From positions 88,166,001 to 88,230,000 of the forward strand of contig NC_086097.1 of NCBI RefSeq assembly GCF_963921235.1: a DNA stretch of 64,000 nucleotides. Direction: 5' to 3'. The DNA is from Mobula hypostoma (lineage: Eukaryota). The notes under the pieces were generated by a model. The model was not told the origin of the DNA, did no database searches, and saw nothing but the letters and a program-made list of their open reading frames with translations. The position numbers were made by a program, and so were the translations under genes. Positions 50,145 through 62,078 of the stretch are shown here, in pieces; position 1 is the first letter of the stretch, and each line of letters starts with the position of its first letter.

Positions 50145-50700
50145 TAATCGCATCGTCAAGCACCTTTGCACCACCCACCACAAGCGGGATTTCCCGGTGG
50201 CCAAACACTTTAATTCTGATTCTCATTCCCTTTCCGACGTGTCGGCCCATGGCTTCCTCTTGTGCCAAGATGAGGCCATTCTTACGGTTGAGGAGCAACA
50301 CCTTGTATTCCATCTGGGTAGCCTCCAGCCTGATGGTATGAATATTGATTTCTTCTTTCTGTAAATAAGTTCTCCCATTCCCCGCTCCTCTGTTTCCCAC
50401 TCTGTCCTTTCACTTCTTCTCACCTGCCTGTTACTTTCCCCTGGGTCCTCTCCTCCTTCCCTTTCTCACATGGTCCACTGTCCTCTCCTATCAAAGACCT
50501 CCTTCTCCAGCCCTTGAACTTTCCCACCTACTTGGTAATCTTTTCCCTCTTTTTTTCCCCCTCCACCTTTTTTTTAAATCAGGTATCTTTCTCCTTCCTT
50601 CTCAGTCCTGAAGAAGGATCTCAGGCCAATGTTGACTATCTATTCATTTCCATAGATGCTGCCTGAGCTGCTATGTTCCTCCAGCATTTTGTGTGTTGCA
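50145..50700 (+). mobile_element. Penelope-like element 3' fragment (GIY-YIG C-terminus plus tail)
   Basis: NRIVKHL..DFPVAKHFNSDSHSLSDVSAHG..EEQHLVFHLGSLQPDGMNIDF, then a pyrimidine tract and cagtcctgaagaagg.. (hammerhead motif with GAAA lost). Confidence 0.75.
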
Positions 50701-51476
50701 ATGATTTGATAAGATCTCACACCAGTGTTATAGGTAATAGTGCCTATAACTGAATGACGGTGTTCTTTGGCAGTAGCCAATGCAACACCTATGGCCATCC
50801 TGACTACAGAGAACATTTGCTGTCTAATGGTGATTTTTATTTAGAATCCTGAATTTTCCAGTATGTGGACTCCTGCTACAATATTTCTCTTGAAGTATTG
50901 TGAGCAAAGCTACATTTATATTACAATATTGGGATATTGATGATGTGTTGAATTATAATTATACCACTCAACATCTGCTAATTAAAATGATAAACTGTTT
51001 TCCTTTTCAACCCTATGTGGTTAAAATTTCTAAGTTTAAAATAAATTTAGTATTAAATACAAACAGTGCCTATAAAAAGAATTCACCCCCCCCACAGATG
51101 TTTTCATGTTTTATTGTTTTACAATATTGAATCATTTAATTTGGTATTTTTTTGACACCGACCAACCAAAAAAGACTCTTTCATGTCAACGTGAAAACAG
51201 ATCTCTACAAAGTGATCTAAATTAATTACAAATATAAAACACAAAATGATTGATTGCGTAAGTATACACCCCCTTTAATATGACACACCAAATCATCACT
51301 GGTGCAGCCAATTGGTTTTAGAAGTGAAATAATTGGGTACAAGGGGACTTCCGGGTCATCAAGGGAATGGCGGCGTAAGGAAAAGGTCTCTCGACAAAAA
51401 AGAAGGTAAACTGCCCCAAAATCGAATTTAGACAAATACTTAATATTGCATAACTATATTAATAAAAGGGGCAAGG

Positions 51477-52481
51477 ATGATGTCTAAGAACAAGAATAAA
51501 AAGTCCGCTGCGAAGGCTGATAAACATAAAGAGATGCAGCAAGGCGAAGGGCCTAGCTCCCCCACGGCAAGCCAGGACGGAGATAATGAGGGGGAATCGG
51601 TGACTCTGTCTTTGATTCTCGGAGAGATTCGCGAATTCCGACAAGATAACAGCAAACAGCTGGAAGATATTAAAGGAGAAATAGTAAAAACTAACTCGCG
51701 GATAGATGAAGCCGAAGCGAGGATTGTTGGAATTGAAGAGAAGCTACAAAATGCCGAGGAAGTGATAGCAGAAATGCTGGAGCTACAAGACCAACTCCAG
51801 TGGAAACTAATAGATCAAGAAGGCCGCTCGAGAAGGGAAAATGTGAGGATCTACGGAGTTCCCGAAGGAACCGAAGGTAAACCCGGATTGATGATTCCCT
51901 TCGTGGAGAAGCTGCTTAGAGAGAACCTTGATATACCGGCCGCAAAAGACCTACAGATAGAAAGGGCTCACCGCGCGTTGGCACCACAGCCTCCGGCAGG
52001 CGCCCAGCCCAGATCGATTCTGATCAGATTTCTCAGTTACAGAACGAAGGAAGAGGTGCTTAAAAGAGCATGGCAAAAGAAAGGTTTCATGTGGAACAAC
52101 TGCAAAATCAGTTTAGACCACGACTACGCACCGGGGATTCTTGCCAGACGGAAGGAATATACGGAAACACGGAGAGTCCTGAAGGAAAACAACATCAGAT
52201 TCCAGACCCTGTATCCAGCTCGGCTGAGAGTCTTTTACGACGAAGGGACAAAAACTTACGCTACGGTAGAGGAGGCAACGTCGGACCTGGCGGACCGGGG
52301 ACTACCTATTAAAGTTATCACCCAACCGGAGTCGCTACTGGGAGAGGATTCGGCTGAAGTCGTGGCAGTTAGTGGGGCGAGGACGCTCCACTCGAAACAG
52401 AGTGTCAAACTACAGGGAAAAGCTGCAAATATTCAGACGCGAATGTACAGAGAATACAGATTAATTAAGAGAAATGACTGA
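51477..52481 (+). CDS. L1 ORF1 protein (Transposase_22 family: coiled coil, RRM, CTD)
   Basis: EGRSRRENVRIYGVPEG, IERAHRAL..PRSILIRF and ISLDHDY..RRKEY..YPARLRV. A probable extra G at ~52340 shifts the C-terminus; the alternative frame reads ERIRLKSWQ..YREKLQIFRRECTENTD*. Confidence 0.85.
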   Translation: MMSKNKNKKSAAKADKHKEMQQGEGPSSPTASQDGDNEGESVTLSLILGEIREFRQDNSKQLEDIKGEIVKTNSRIDEAEARIVGIEEKLQNAEEVIAEMLELQDQLQWKLIDQEGRSRRENVRIYGVPEGTEGKPGLMIPFVEKLLRENLDIPAAKDLQIERAHRALAPQPPAGAQPRSILIRFLSYRTKEEVLKRAWQKKGFMWNNCKISLDHDYAPGILARRKEYTETRRVLKENNIRFQTLYPARLRVFYDEGTKTYATVEEATSDLADRGLPIKVITQPESLLGEDSAEVVAVSGARTLHSKQSVKLQGKAANIQTRMYREYRLIKRND

Positions 52482-52826
52482 AAAGAGTAAATCGGACTTA
52501 AAAGTAAAATGAAAACTGGTAACTGAAAATAAACTAGGCGGAATAACTTGAATGATAGCAATATGGTCGAGACATAAATAGGAGAAAATTCTCTATGATT
52601 ATTCAAACTGCTGAGGGCCCTCTAACACAGGGTGAAGATAGAAGTTATCCCTCTGAACTGAGGCGGGTCGGTGCTCAGGCCTCACTGTGGGAAGTCGGGG
52701 AAAATTTTCAAATGTTATACGTTCAGAAATGTCTAGGGTGTGGTTATATGTCTTGGTTTACTGTTGAGAAGGGATTGCTTACTGTTTGGTTAGAAAAGGA
52801 GAGTGCTTTTTTTCTACTAGAGAAAA

Positions 52827-53606
52827 ATGCAAACTGAATTGGTAAAAATAATTTCCTATAATGTTAATGGGGTTTTGAATCCAATTAAAAGAAATAAGAT
52901 TATGTCTAAATTGAAAAAAGAGAGGGCACAAATAGCTTTCCTCCAGGAAACACATATGAGCCAATCTGAACATGGAAAATTAAAAAGAATGGGCTTTAAG
53001 CATGTATTTTATTCATCATATAAATTGAGTCACAAAAGAGGGGTAGCTACTTTAATATCAAGTACTCTTAATTATGAACATATTTCAGAGACTAGAGACA
53101 AAGAAGGACGGTTTGTAAAAATCACAGGAAGAATAGAAGGTACAGAAATAACATTGCTGAATGTTTATGCTCCTCCAGGTAGTGAATGGTCATTTTATAG
53201 ACACATTTTTGACCTAATGGTCAGTTCTCGAGGGGTAGTAATTTGTGGAGGGGATTTTAATATTAGATTAAATCCTATATTAGATTCTTCAAGAACAGTT
53301 ACTCAGAATAAACCTCTGACTCGGAAAGTGAATTCATTGATGGAGGAGTTGGGAATTATAGATGTCTGGAGGGAATTACACCCTACTAGTAAAGATTATA
53401 CATATTACTCTTTCCCTCATTCAGCCTATTCAAGGATAGACTATTTCTTTATCTTTAATACAGATAGACTCAGGATAAAAAACTGTAATATTGCAACAAT
53501 TGATCTGTCGGATCATAGCCCAGTCTCTATGTCTCTAATCCTGGAAAGGAAAATGAGGAAAACACTATGGAGGCTAAACTCACATATTTTATCAAATCTG
53601 GAATAA
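52827..53606 (+). CDS. L1 ORF2 APE-type endonuclease domain only (truncated)
   Basis: SYNVNG, LQETH, NVYAP, GGDFN, SRIDY, SDH and WRLN are all intact in one frame. Confidence 0.9.
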   Translation: MQTELVKIISYNVNGVLNPIKRNKIMSKLKKERAQIAFLQETHMSQSEHGKLKRMGFKHVFYSSYKLSHKRGVATLISSTLNYEHISETRDKEGRFVKITGRIEGTEITLLNVYAPPGSEWSFYRHIFDLMVSSRGVVICGGDFNIRLNPILDSSRTVTQNKPLTRKVNSLMEELGIIDVWRELHPTSKDYTYYSFPHSAYSRIDYFFIFNTDRLRIKNCNIATIDLSDHSPVSMSLILERKMRKTLWRLNSHILSNLE

Positions 53607-55365
53607 ATGGATTGAATATATAACCCCAATACGAGCAGACTTTAGATGACTCTCCTAATGATTTATATTGCTCTTCTCATCAACACAGTAATATTGCTAA
53701 CGTAAGCACCCCTAGTCTAAATGTTTGTTGTTTTTTTTTGGAAAATAGAGAATTAACACAAGTAAAGGGAAAGATTTGGGAAAGGGATAAAAAAAAATGA
53801 AAAAATTAAGTAAATAAGTACATAGGGATTGGATAATTATGTCTGCGGGCAGGAACAAGCACGAACAAATTGGGATATAAACACCTACAATGGTTGGTAT
53901 ATAGGCTTGTATGCAACATTTTGGACCAGTCGAAATGGTCCAGAAGGGTTGTATGGAAACTATTATTACCATTTTTCTTAACAACTAATTTCATTACTTA
54001 GCCTAATAGGTTAGATTTATCACAGTACACAATTATCTATTTAAATGTTTATTTTCCTTTTATATCATCTCAATATCTCCTTAAGAATGTATAAATAATT
54101 GTGGTTTTGTACATATAAAAAAATGGAAAAGGTTATATGTGTGAAAAAAGTACATGATAATTGTGAATTCCTTATCCAAATAAAAATAAAATTAAAAAAA
54201 AATAAGTGGTACAAAAAAGCAAAAAAAAAAGTGACATAATTAGTTAAATGGAGATCACTGTGTGCAGTCAAGGTGTTTCAATTGATTATAGTAAAAATAC
54301 ACCTGTATCTGGAAGGTCCAACTGCTGGAGGGTTAGAATCCTGACAAAAACTACCCCATCAAGACAAAAGAACAGTCCAAGCAACTTCGCAAAAAGGTTA
54401 TTAAAAAGCACATGCCAAGAGATGGATAGAGGAATATTTCCGAGTCACTGATCATTTCTGCAAAAATAGCAAAGAGAAACCAACTGTTTGAAAAAATAAC
54501 TCACATGACATCTTGGCTACAGTTTGCCAGAAGGCATGTAAGAGCTTCTGAAGTAGCTGGAAGAAGGTTCCGTGGTTTAATGAAACCAAAATTGAGCTTT
54601 TTGGCCATCAGACTAAACGCTATTTTTGGTGTAAGCCAAACACCATACATCATCAAAAACACACCATCCCTATGGTGAAACATGTTGGTGGCTGCACCAT
54701 GCTGTGGGGATGCTTCATGCAGCAGGTCCTGGAAGGCTTGTGAAGGTAGAGGGTAAAATGAATACAGCAAAATACAGGGAAATCCTGGATGAAAACCTGA
54801 TGCAGTCTGCAAGAGAACTGCAACTTGGGGGAAGATTTGTTTTCCAGCAAGACAATGAACCCAAGCATAAAGCCAAAGCTACATAGGAACGGCTTAAAAA
54901 CTTAAAACTTAAAAAACTCCAGGTCATTAACTTAAAAACAATAAAGTTAATGACCTGGAGTGACCAAGTCAGAGTCTAGACCTCAAATCAATTGAGAATC
55001 TGTGGTTGGACCCGTCAAGGGCTGTTCACTCACAGTCCCCGTGCAATCTGACAGAGCTTTAGTAGTTTTGCGAAGAAGAATGCGGAAAATTGCAATGTCC
55101 AGATGTGTAAAGCTGATAGAGACCGAGCCACACAGACTCAAAAGGTGCATCTACTAAATTCTGACTTGAAGGGGGTGAATACTTAAGCAATAAATTACTT
55201 TGTGTCTATTAATTGTAATAAATTTAGACCAATTTGTGAAAATTTATTTTCACTTTGATATGAAAGTATCTGTTCTGTTGATCAGTGTCAAAAAGTCAAA
55301 CTATTATTCAATGTTGTAAAAGAATAAAACATGAAACTTTCCAAGGTGGGTGAATAGGCACTATA

Positions 55366-56575
55366 TATGTCTTGTACACCATCCTGAGATTCACTTTCTT
55401 GTGGGCATTCACAGTAAATACAAAGAAACAGAATAGAATCAATGAAAATCCAGACACAACAAGGCAGGCAAACAACCAATGTACAAAAGACAACAAATTG
55501 TTCAAATACAAAAAGTAAAAAAAAATAAACAAAATACTAATAATAAATAAATTAACACTAAGTACCAAGAACATGAGATGGAGGCCTGGAAAGTGAGTCC
55601 ATAGTTTGTGTGAATAGTTCAGTTTTGGGATAAGTGACAATGATGTTATCCCCTCTGGTTCAAGAGCCAGATGTTTGAGGGGTAATAACTGTTCCTGAAC
55701 CTGGTGGTGTGGGTCCTGAGGCTCCTGTACCCTCTTTCTAATGGCAGCAGGGAGAAGAACGGATGGTCTGTATTGTGGGGGTCCCTGATGATGGATGCAG
55801 CTTTGTAGTGACAGTGCTCCTTGTAGATGTGTTCAGTGGTGGGGAGGGATTTACCTGTGATGGACTGGGCCGTATCCAGTAATTTTTGTAGGATTTTGCG
55901 TCCATGGACATCAGTATTTCCATACTAGGCCATCATGAAACCAGTCAGTATGCTCTCTACTATGCATCTATCGAAGTTTGTCAAAGTTTTATGTGACATG
56001 TTGAATCTTCACAAATGTCTAAGAGGTGCTGCCGTGCCTTCATTATAATGGCACTTACATGCTGGACCCAGGACAGATCCTCTGAAATGATATTGCCAAG
56101 AAATTTTAAGTTGCTGTCCCTCTCTACCTCTTACCCCCAATGAGAACTGGCTTATGGACCTCTGGGTTCCTGCTCCAGTAGTCAACAATCAGCTCTTTTC
56201 GTTTTGCTGACATTGAGTGACATTGTGACACTATTCAGCAAAATTTAAAATTTCCCTCCTATATGCTGATTCATCACCACCTTTAATTTGGCCAACCACA
56301 TTGGTGTAATCAGTAAACTTAAATATGGCATTGGAGCTTTGCATTGGCTCACAGTCATAAGTATGAAAGGAGGGGGCAAAGCACACAGCCTCACGGTGCA
56401 CCTGTACTGATGGTGATTGCGAAGGAGATGTTGTTACCAATCCATACTGACTGGGGTCTGCAAGTGAGGAAATTGAGTATCCAGTTGTACAATGAAGTAT
56501 TGAGGCATAGGCCTTGGAGTTTATTGATTAGTTCTGAGGAGATTATAATATTGAATATAGAGTTGTTGTCAATGA
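55366..56575 (-). mobile_element. Rex1/Babar-type LINE, RT and 3' end
   Basis: IFKFTDYTNVVGQIKGGDESAYRREI; same family as 34160-35310. Confidence 0.8.
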
Positions 56576-57539
56576 AGTGTTTACCTACAAGAAACAGAAT
56601 GCAGCTGGCTACCTGGAGTTGATATATTCCTCTCTAGGTGATAAAGAGAAAATTGGATAAGGGCCAGTGATACAGAACTGAATTTTGATACTCCTCACTT
56701 AGCTGGAAGTTGATCAAGAATGCTGTTTGACGTCCATAATTGAAGTTAAAAAATTGGTCAGGAGGACACTTGTCTGGAGGAACGCAGTGATCATTTTCTG
56801 GACCACGTCGGCAATTGCTGAATCGTTTATAGGGCTACGTCACTACATTTACACCACAGTAGTTACTTTCACATTTGCTTTAGTCATGGGGATTGAACAG
56901 ACATCTTTACGTATTTGCTGTAACCAACTTTGAGACATCATGAAGATGTGAACTAAGGGAAGTTGATAGTCAAGTGTAAGGAGGAGTGACTAGGACTGGT
57001 GGGATTGTTGTGCTGGGAGCTGGCATGGACCTGATGGGCTGAGTGGCCACCTTCTGTGTCATAAGTAATTAAGTAATCAGTTAACAACTGATATGGTTGA
57101 GGGATGGCAAGGCATGTTTGGTGCCTGGTACAGTTCATGATGGAGTTGGTGTAGTGGGTGCCTGAACTCCCAGATACTGGGAGTGATTGTGGGTTGCTGC
57201 TGAGAGTATAGGTGTGAGAGGAACAGACATGTTGTTGTTGGGGATCTTGCTGACTACATTTGGTCTTTGCCCGAAACTTACCAGCTTCTCTAGGTTCACA
57301 AATAATGTTGCAAAGGTGCTTACTTTTATGGATGTTGATATTTCGTTGGCAGTCAGATACTTGATGAAGAAGGTGGCATCAGTGAACCACATGACCAAAG
57401 CTGGCGCCCTTTAGACAGTTCACAAAATTACTATTGTTACTACTTCTTTTAAATATGATTCTGCTACAAAGCTTGGAAAAATCACAAATTTACATGTTGA
57501 TTGTGTCTGTTTGGGCTGATTGAGATGTACGCACTTTGT

Positions 57540-58128
57540 TGTCTCGGAGGCAGCTTGGAAGGGTTTCGAGTGGAATGTGGCCCGGAGGCCAAGAAGCCTG
57601 GAGACGGAGTGTGAGCCCACAATCGATTAACGCATCAGGCAAGATTGAAATCAATGAGGAAGAGAATGGAAGGTGAGGTGTCCAGTGCCACCTGCCTGTG
57701 TTTGACCAGCCTCTCTCTCTCGCTGCTCCTGGAGGAAGGTGCCTGCATGTGACAAGTCTCCCTCTTGCTCTTGCTTGCTGCTACGGGAGGAAGGTGCCTG
57801 TGCTTCACTCTCTCTCTCTCCACGTGGTTTGTGAATTGGACTTTGTAGTTCATGTTATGTGATTCTGGTTACTTTTTTTTAATTACTATTTTGTATGATT
57901 TTGATTGGGGCAAACTGGCCTGCAGTCAGCAACTGACACAGTGCTAAATTGAACTGAACTCAACTGAGCATTGCTGGACTATTTCAATGGGTCTCTGGTT
58001 TGATGTTTTATATTCTGGGGTTTTTTTGCTTTTTTTTTGCCCTTTGTATGATATGTTCTTTTTTATGTTATCTTTGAATGGGTTCCATGCTGTTTCTTTG
58101 GGTTTCATGGCTTTCTGTGGTAGCCAAA
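57540..58128 (+). mobile_element. Non-autonomous retroelement whose tail resumes at ~59776-59805 after the Tigger insertion
   Basis: Rex/Babar-like T-rich tail (gggttccatgctgtttctttgggtttcatggct..) with (ctgaa)n; the remainder ttttgataata follows 59775. Confidence 0.4.
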
Positions 58129-58130
58129 TA

Positions 58131-59773
58131 CAGGTGTCCCCCGCTTTTCGAACGTTCGCTTTACGAAACCTCACTGTTATGAAAGACCTACATTAGTACC
58201 CTGTTTTCGCTTTCAGAAGGTGTTTTCACTGTTACGAAGAAAGGCAGCGCGCGATAAAAAATCAGCGCGCAAAAAAAATCAGCGCGCGATAAAAGGCAGC
58301 GCACGCCCCGAGCAGCCGCTCTCCCCCGGATTCGGAACAGTATTGCTTAAACACGAGCCTGTGAGCAGCCGTTTGCAAGATAAGTTCTAAGGTATCAGAA
58401 AAGCCTAAAAGAGGTCGTAAAGGTGTTACACTTAGCGTAAAACTAGACATAATTAAGCGTTTTGATCGTGGTGAATGAAGCAAGGACAAAGTGAGTTTGG
58501 CTTGTGGAAGCTGACGAAGATGATGTTGAAGAGGTTTTGGCATCCCATGACCAAGAACTGATAGATGAAGAGCTGAAGCAATTGGAAGAGGAAAGGATAA
58601 CAATCGAAACCGAATGCAGTAGTGAAAGTGAAGTCGTCCAGGAACTGAACGTGAAGCAACTGCGTGAGATTTTCCCTGCAATGATAAAGTACAACTTTAA
58701 TTTTGAAAGGGTATGTAGGTTTAGAGGATATTTGCAGGATGTTTTGAGTCCTTACAAAGAACTGTGTGATAGAAAAATGCTCGAGGCTCACCGGTCAAGC
58801 AAGCCTTCCACATCAGCCACAGCAGACGATGAACCTCGACCTTCGACATCGAGGCAGGCAGTCATAGGAGAAGATGAGCTGCCTGCCCTGATCGACGATG
58901 AGATAACACCCCCGTGTCCCACCACCCCAACCCCCGGGCCCCGGACAGATACTGTACTGATTCGCGGAGAATGCAGTGGTAGCCGGGAGGCACACAGCAC
59001 ATCTTTAAGAAAAAAGCCAAAATAAACATGCTAATTAATTAGGTGCCGCCTGGCACGTAATTGTCGGCCCAGATCAGAGACGATACAATCGGCAATCGCC
59101 TCTGATCTGCGCCGACATTTACGTGCCGGGCAGCACCTAATTAATTAGCATGTTTATTTCGGCTTTTTTCTTAAAGAGGTGCTGTGTGCCTCCCGGATAC
59201 CCCTGTGTGCTTCGCGGCAATGTATCAGTCGGTGGCCTGGAGGGTGGGGGCCACTGCGCCACCCCAACCTGTGACGACTCAGTCTAACACACCATCATCA
59301 GTGTGCTCGGCGCTGTTTTCCCAATTCTGGTAAGTGATACTACACTGTACATACATTATTTCTACCTTATATAGGCTGTGTATTTTTACGTGTTATTTGG
59401 TATGATTTGACAGCTTCATAGTTTAAAGGTCACTGGAGAGTGCGTTTATGCCAACAGCGCTTGCGTGAGATCTTCTGCCGAGAGTGCTTGCGTGAGATTT
59501 TCGCTATGGAGATCTGTGCAGGCAATTGTTGTAGAGAAGTATTTCTACTTTATATAGGCTGTGTATTTATCATATCATTCCTGCTTTTACTATATGTTAC
59601 TGTTATTTTAGGTTTTATGCGTTATTTGGCATGATTTGGTAGGTTATTTTTGGGTCTGCGAATGCTCACAAGATTTTCCCATATAACTGGTAATTGCTTT
59701 TTCGCTTTACGACATTTCGGCTTACGAACGGTTTCATAGGAACACTCTACCTTCAGATGGCGGGGGAAACCTG
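58131..59773 (+). mobile_element. Tigger/pogo DNA transposon, internally deleted
   Basis: TA|caggtgtcccccgc at the left and ggcgggggaaacctg|TA at the right. CENP-B-like N-terminus KPKRGRKGVTLSVKLDIIKRFDRGE is joined directly to the acidic C-terminus EDDVEEVLASHDQELIDEEL; no DDE domain. Confidence 0.85.
58978..59200. repeat. Long near-perfect palindrome (~105-bp arms) inside the Tigger element
   Basis: ccgggaggcacacagcac..atgctaattaattaggtg..agatcagag pairs with ctctgatct..cacctaattaattagcat..gtgctgtgtgcctcccgg. Confidence 0.9.
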
Positions 59774-60325
59774 TATGTACACATATTTTGATAATAGATG
59801 TACTTTTACCTGTCCATGGGTCTAGCCTTCCATGTTTCCGAATATAATGACTAACGTAAAAATGAAGGTAGGAAGATTTACTTTACAATAATGAGAAGTT
59901 AAGTGCAAAATCAACTTCTCTGCTGATTGGCACCCTATCCCTCATCTCTTCTCTGTTTAAAAAGGGAAGCAGGTGAATTTATTTGGAGCTTCAGATTCTC
60001 ATACTGTACAATCAGATCTGTCCTTTTCTTAGGAAATAAAATTCAGCTCATTGTTTTCCAAGATTAACATTTAATATCTCTCTCTGTGAGATCTCTGATA
60101 CTTTGTTCTCATTACAAGTATTGGTTTGTTGTGATGTGTCACCTTCAGTTTATTTACACTAAGAACTTCCCCTGTTTACATAATCATTTCTTGTAAGGAT
60201 GTAGTGGTGATGCAGTGGTTAAATTTCTAGTCTAGTGATATAGAGATCAAAACTAACAATCCAGAAACCTGAATTTAAACACAACCAGAGCACCTGTGGG
60301 TTTAAATTCAGATAATAATCTAGAA

Positions 60326-62078
60326 CAGTGGTTCCCAGATTGGGTGATGTCAACCGCCCCCCCCCCCCCCCCCGGGGTGGTGGGTGTTTCTAAGATGGTG
60401 ATAAATATAACGGGGGAGTAGTAAGGGGGGCAGTTGAGGGATTACAGGCTTAATTTAGAAAATTAATTACTTATAAGCATTTGATCCTCAGTGCCTCATA
60501 ACTGATTACAATGATCATGTAATATCCTAATCTCTTGCTAGCACATTGTTATCTTAAACTTTGCCTGAAGCACATTAGTTGCTGAAAAGCAGTATGACAA
60601 TTCTGTATTTAGCACTTCATAAGAAATCTGGACTGAAGAAATAGTGTTATTTTTTGGGCCAGCCCATGCATCATTACAGTTCACTACTGCAGAACAGTGT
60701 TAGCTACTACAATTCCCATACTCTAATCATGCAGTGACACAATTCCTGTCAATTAGGGTATGGCATTCAGTGGGGTAAAGTTCAGAATCTGCTCTTTCGA
60801 ATAGTCTTTACTGCATTTCTGTAGCCCTCAGTTCAACCAAGGTATTGCTGCCCCCTTTTATGTACCTTCAGGCAGAAAGTTTGATGTTGCCTGAGCTCTG
60901 GTGTCATTTCTCCTTTATTGATCGCAGCACTTGAGGTTGGACTTAAACAGTAGTGATTGACTGTGGTTCTTAATCTATAATGAAAGTTGCAGAAGCAGAC
61001 CAAATGAAGAAGTGTACACAGTATAGTGTGGAGTATCTAAAATATGGTTTTATACCAGCACCAAGCAAGTAGCAGCAGTCAATGTGTCTGTGTGTGAAGA
61101 AGTTTATCAAATGAGGCAATGAACATTTAACAGAATAAAGCAAACATGAACTTGGCTTATTTTCTGTCACTCCGTGAAATCTTTCATAAAATGGAAAGCA
61201 CTTTACAACAAAACAGTGATTGTTTACGTGCTTCATACAACATTTCATTGCTCATCGCTAAATCCGGAAAGCCCCATACAACTGGAGAAGAACTAATTTT
61301 GCCAGCAGTAAGGGAGGTTCTGAGTACAGTTTTGTATAAGTCACCAGATCAAATAACTAAAGCAATTCTGATGAGAAGCAACCCTGTTCAAAGATGAATA
61401 GATGAAATGTCTGAGAATGCCTCAAAAAGAAAGACAGTCCACTCACCAACATCTTTGCTTGTGTAACAGGTGGGCCACCATCATTGACAGGACATCACCA
61501 TGGAGTTTGTACTTTCTTGAAAAAACTGTACCTAATGTATTTGCCATTCGCTGTGCACTGTTTCAAAAAACTTAATGAATTAGCTGCACAGATCATTAAT
61601 TACTGTGTTCAGAGAAATCTCTGCATTGTGGAAAAAGGTCTTTATTGCCTTTCTGACTTCATATTTAGTGGAGCACAGTTTCAGTGCAGTTGCCCAACTT
61701 CTTTCAAAGCAACAAAAGTGACTGCAAGTTACTGAACACGGGGATTTGACTCTCCTTCTGATGCATTCAATCCAACATTGAGAAGCTGACATCACTGCAC
61801 CAAGCCCATCCATCTCATTGAAATAAAGTAGTTAATCGTTGGACTAATGCATGCTCTAAAATTGTTGATGTATGCTCTAAAATTAGTAGCTTCAAATGGA
61901 TTTGAATAATTTTTGCAATTATGTTACTGTTTTGAATTTGCAGTTCCTATTTTCTTTCACTGCACTATAAATCAAAATGCCTTGTAATTTTACGTAATGG
62001 CCAGAAAGGGAGAGGGGAGTGCTAGGATGTGGTCTGGGAGCCAAGGAGCGGTAACACAAAAATGTTTGTGAACCACTG
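60326..62078 (+). mobile_element. hAT Charlie/Buster-type DNA transposon (deleted, SCAND3/ZBED5-like remnants)
   Basis: Ends cagtggttc and gaaccactg. 8-bp TSD atctagaa / gtctagaa. Remnants QYSVEYLKYGFI and LRASYNISLLIAKSGKPHTTGEELILPA. Confidence 0.85.

Larger units (their letters stand above)
51343..54199 (+). mobile_element. L1 LINE with 5'UTR, ORF1, endonuclease, 3'UTR and poly(A), but lacking RT
   Basis: Starts ggggacttccgg and is CpG-rich. Contains ORF1 and ORF2 endonuclease, then a fused ORF2 terminus, AATAAA and an A-rich tail. TSD-like aaataattgggtacaa / aaataagtggtacaa. Confidence 0.9.
51064..55363 (+). mobile_element. Tc1 DNA transposon with long (~220 bp) terminal inverted repeats, interrupted by L1
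   Basis: Ends cagtgcctataaaaagaattcacccc and gggtgaataggcact. Transposase remnants at 54360-55160: ETKIELFG, VKHVGGCTMLWGCF, FQQDNEPKHKAK and PSQSLDLKSIENLW. Confidence 0.85.

Noticed and set aside
58504..59025. 173-aa acidic ORF as a novel protein
   Set aside because: It is the C-terminal remnant of a Tigger transposase, lacks an ATG start and has an upstream stop.
60970..61820. SCAND3/ZBED5-like host gene
   Set aside because: Fragmented by stops and deletions and bounded by terminal repeats with an 8-bp TSD.
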